DNA from: Methanobacteriaceae archaeon
GTDB lineage: Archaea; Methanobacteriota; Methanobacteria; Methanobacteriales; Methanobacteriaceae
DNA: 10,523 nt
Direction of reading: 5' to 3'
Assembly: GCA_003558085.1 (NCBI GenBank)
Contig: PWMT01000026.1
Span: 1-10,523 of the forward strand
Below, piece after piece: positions 8,042 through 10,523 of this stretch (within the stretch, counting starts at the first letter, position 1; each line of letters begins with the position of its first letter). The position numbers and the translations under genes were made by a program. The notes beneath the pieces were generated by a model. It searched no databases. It was not told the DNA's origin and saw nothing but the letters and a program-made list of their open reading frames with translations.

Positions 8042-8097
8042 TAAAATTTTTTATATGCTTTTAACCTAATCTGATTAGGAAGCTATCATAGGCTTCC
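8042..8097 (+). promoter_or_regulatory. Putative bioY promoter (BRE/TATA) followed by a palindrome and a hairpin
   Basis: TAAAA then TTTTTTATATG (TATA-like at about 8050-8056). Perfect CCTAATC-T-GATTAGG at 8065-8079. GGAAGC-N8-GCTTCC at 8078-8097. Confidence 0.4.
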
Positions 8098-8169
8098 CTC
8101 ACTTAAGATTTTTAGATGATTGAATAAAAAAAAATCAGAAAAACCCATTATAAATAGGAAGGAGTTGCT

Positions 8170-8790
8170 ATGAATATAACTCTAAACGATTATTATAAGA
8201 AACGTTATAATATTTTTAATTGGAGAGAACAGCAAAATATGGCCAATAAAACTATTTTAGCATTTTTCATGGCCTGTATTACGGGAATACTAGCCCAAAT
8301 AGTGGTCCCATTGCCCTGGACACCAGTACCTATTACTGCTCAGACTTTTGCCGTGTTGATATCTGGTATTTTGCTAGGTAAATACTGGGGAGGTTTAAGT
8401 CAAATTTTTTACGTTTTTTTGGGAATTATAGGTGTTCCTTGGTTTGCAGGGATGACTGCTGGTTATGAGATTATATTAGGGGCTAATGGTGGTTACTTAA
8501 TTGGATTTATACTTGCCGCCCTATTTTTAGGATATTTTGCAGATAAATATATTTCCGCCCGTAACTTTAAATCCATGTTTGGATTAATGTTAATCGCTAG
8601 TTTTGGTTTAATTTATATTCCAGGATTATTGGTATTGGGGGTCTGGATGTACATGGTTCAAGGCACTGTACCTCAAATATGGAATTTGCTTGCCATGGGA
8701 CTATTACCATTTCTTTTGGGGGATCTCCTTAAAATTGTAGGTGCCTCTGTATTTACTAAAGCAGTGCTGCCTAAGGAAGAATTTAGATAA
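8170..8790 (+). CDS. bioY: Biotin transporter BioY (ECF S-component)
   Basis: PLPWTPVPITAQTFAV, YVFLGIIGVPWFAG, GGYLIGF, IYIPG and PFLLGDLLK motifs; highly hydrophobic; AGGAG SD at about 8160-8164. Confidence 0.93.
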   Translation: MNITLNDYYKKRYNIFNWREQQNMANKTILAFFMACITGILAQIVVPLPWTPVPITAQTFAVLISGILLGKYWGGLSQIFYVFLGIIGVPWFAGMTAGYEIILGANGGYLIGFILAALFLGYFADKYISARNFKSMFGLMLIASFGLIYIPGLLVLGVWMYMVQGTVPQIWNLLAMGLLPFLLGDLLKIVGASVFTKAVLPKEEFR

Positions 8791-9213
8791 ATGCAATTAA
8801 AGGACAGTAAGGGTTCTAATAGTATAAATATTAGAGCCCATCATCTTCTATGTATCCAGGGCTTTCAAGGTAAAGGTTACAGTCTGGAATTTATTGAAAA
8901 TTTGAAAGAGATTAATGATTTTCTAGAGGAAAATCCTTCCACAGGGATAAAAGTGATCAGTGAAGTGGATGAAATATGCCATTATTGTCCCCATAGAAAG
9001 GGTGACATTTGTATACAGGGCCCTAATGCAGAAGAGAATATTAAATTAATGGATTTTAAAACTCTTAAATATTTAGAACTTAAAGAGGGAAAGATCTATA
9101 ATTATGATTATATCATGGAATTAATTAATGATAAGTTGAATTTAAATGATTTAAAAGAAATTTGCGGTCTTTGTTTGTGGATTAATGATTGTAAACTGCA
9201 TAATAAATCATAG
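8791..9213 (+). CDS. DUF1284 family Cys/His-rich protein
   Basis: RAHHLLCIQGFQGKGYS..F, DEICHYCP and C-terminal ICGLCLWINDC match the DUF1284 pattern. ATG directly follows the bioY TAA. Confidence 0.82.
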   Translation: MQLKDSKGSNSINIRAHHLLCIQGFQGKGYSLEFIENLKEINDFLEENPSTGIKVISEVDEICHYCPHRKGDICIQGPNAEENIKLMDFKTLKYLELKEGKIYNYDYIMELINDKLNLNDLKEICGLCLWINDCKLHNKS

Positions 9214-9383
9214 TTTATTGCTCTTCCTAACTAACTATAATTTAAAATGAGTAGCATAAGTTAATTTTTTATCTAAAAATTTCTTAGAGAAATTGGCTCA
9301 AATAATATTAGGTATAATGTTTTAAATTTTTTTAAGATGATTAATTTAGGGAAAGAAGATAATCAAGATAAAGGTGGGAATAA

Positions 9384-10523
9384 TTGCTGTATAGGAAATT
9401 AGGCTCTACTGGAATAAATGCATCTATATTGGGATTTGGGTTAATGCGTTTGCCCTTAATTAATAATAAAATAAACCAGGATAAATCCTCTAAAATGTTA
9501 AAATATGCCATTGAAAATGGCTTAAATTATATTGACACTGGTTACTCTTATCATGATAAAGAAAGCGAAGTTTTCCTTGGAAATTTTTTTGAAAAGTATC
9601 CTGAGCTGAAAGAAAAAGTATATGTTGCTACTAAACTGCCTAGTTGGCTTATAAATAAAAAAGAGGATTTGGATTACTATCTAGAACTTCAAATGAAAAA
9701 ACTCAAAGTGGATAAAATTGATTTTTACCTCCTACATTCTTTAAAAAAAGACTATTGGGAAAATTTAAATAAATATGGAGTGCTGGATTTTCTAGATTCT
9801 GCTTTAGAAGATGGTAAAATTAAATATGCTGGTTTTTCCTTTCATGATGAGTTTGATCTTTTTTTAGAAATAATGGATGCATATGCCTGGGATATATGTC
9901 AAATTCAATTAAATTATATGGATGAACATTATCAGGCTGGTGTTGACGGTTTAAAATACGCTGCTTCCCAGGCAATAGGTACCGTTATTATGACACCACT
10001 TCTAGGGGGATGTTTAACCCGAAACATCCCTGAAAAGGTTCAGAAGTTATGGGATATGGCAGATAATTCTAGGAATCCTGTAGAATGGGCATTGGAGTAT
10101 GTCTGGGATTTTCCTGAAGTAAATGTTGTCTTAAGTGGAATGTCCAGTTTCAGTCAGCTTAAAGAAAATATGGCCATCGCCTCTAAATCTTATCCTCAGT
10201 CCTTAACAAAAAATGATTATGAAATAATCAAAGAAGTAAGAAGAATCTATCGAGAAAAAATTGTGGTAAATTGTAATTTCTGTGGATATTGTATGCCCTG
10301 TCCCCAAGGAGTGAACATCCCCCAAAATTTCAATATTTATAATATCTCTAAGATGCACAGCCATGACGAAGTGATAAAAGGGCATTACCAAGGTCTTTTA
10401 GAAGATTTTGAACGAGCAGATAATTGTTCCCAATGTGGAGAATGTGTAAATCTTTGCCCACAACTCATTAACATACCTAAAACGCTTCAAGAAGTTCCCC
10501 AAACATTTTCTCGTAATAAAAAT
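9384..10523 (+). CDS. Aldo/keto reductase with C-terminal 4Fe-4S dicluster domain (3'-truncated by the window edge)
   Basis: Manual translation from TTG 9384 (AAGGTGG SD at 9371-9377) is open for 380 codons to the window end: MLYRKLGSTGINASILGFGLMRLP, YIDTGYSY, ATKLP, IDFYLLH, GKIKYAGFSFH, QIQLNY, VVLSGMS, CNFCGYCMPCP and CSQCGECVNLCPQ. Confidence 0.92.
   Translation, partial: MLYRKLGSTGINASILGFGLMRLPLINNKINQDKSSKMLKYAIENGLNYIDTGYSYHDKESEVFLGNFFEKYPELKEKVYVATKLPSWLINKKEDLDYYLELQMKKLKVDKIDFYLLHSLKKDYWENLNKYGVLDFLDSALEDGKIKYAGFSFHDEFDLFLEIMDAYAWDICQIQLNYMDEHYQAGVDGLKYAASQAIGTVIMTPLLGGCLTRNIPEKVQKLWDMADNSRNPVEWALEYVWDFPEVNVVLSGMSSFSQLKENMAIASKSYPQSLTKNDYEIIKEVRRIYREKIVVNCNFCGYCMPCPQGVNIPQNFNIYNISKMHSHDEVIKGHYQGLLEDFERADNCSQCGECVNLCPQLINIPKTLQEVPQTFSRNKN

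Noticed and set aside
9249-9277. dif-like site GAGTAGCATAA-N7-TTTTATCTAAA (also the CATAA/TTAT pairs at 5426-5456 near xerA)
   Set aside because: Spacers are 7, 2 or 5 bp rather than the canonical 6 bp and the arms are poorly symmetric. Not distinguishable from AT-rich background by eye.
10203-10391. 62-aa minus-strand ORF
   Set aside because: Antisense to the Fe-S domain of the aldo/keto reductase on the + strand.

Overview
AT-rich chromosomal segment of a methanogenic archaeon, most likely Methanobacteriaceae (inferred from gene content and protein style). In order: the 3' part of archaeal dnaG; a minus-strand pair (87-aa hypothetical, PrsW-family intramembrane protease); a soluble Lon-type AAA+ ATPase with a Zn-ribbon insert and no protease domain; xerA; a light-response pair (DUF523/DUF1722 YbgA/RudS-like gene and a class II CPD photolyase); bioY abutting a Cys-rich DUF1284 gene; and an aldo/keto reductase with a C-terminal 4Fe-4S domain that runs off the window and is missing from the ORF track. 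Most interesting: (1) the protease-less Lon ATPase ends in a flexible tail with penultimate Tyr (-RSYL), HbYX-like, so it is a candidate 20S proteasome regulator; (2) the light-response operon appears to be decaying, with one in-frame TAA in the photolyase and an apparent ATG>ATA change at the start of the upstream gene; (3) palindromes and hairpins lie upstream of bioY, the light operon and the ATPase. No CRISPR array, rRNA, tRNA or mobile element was recognised.
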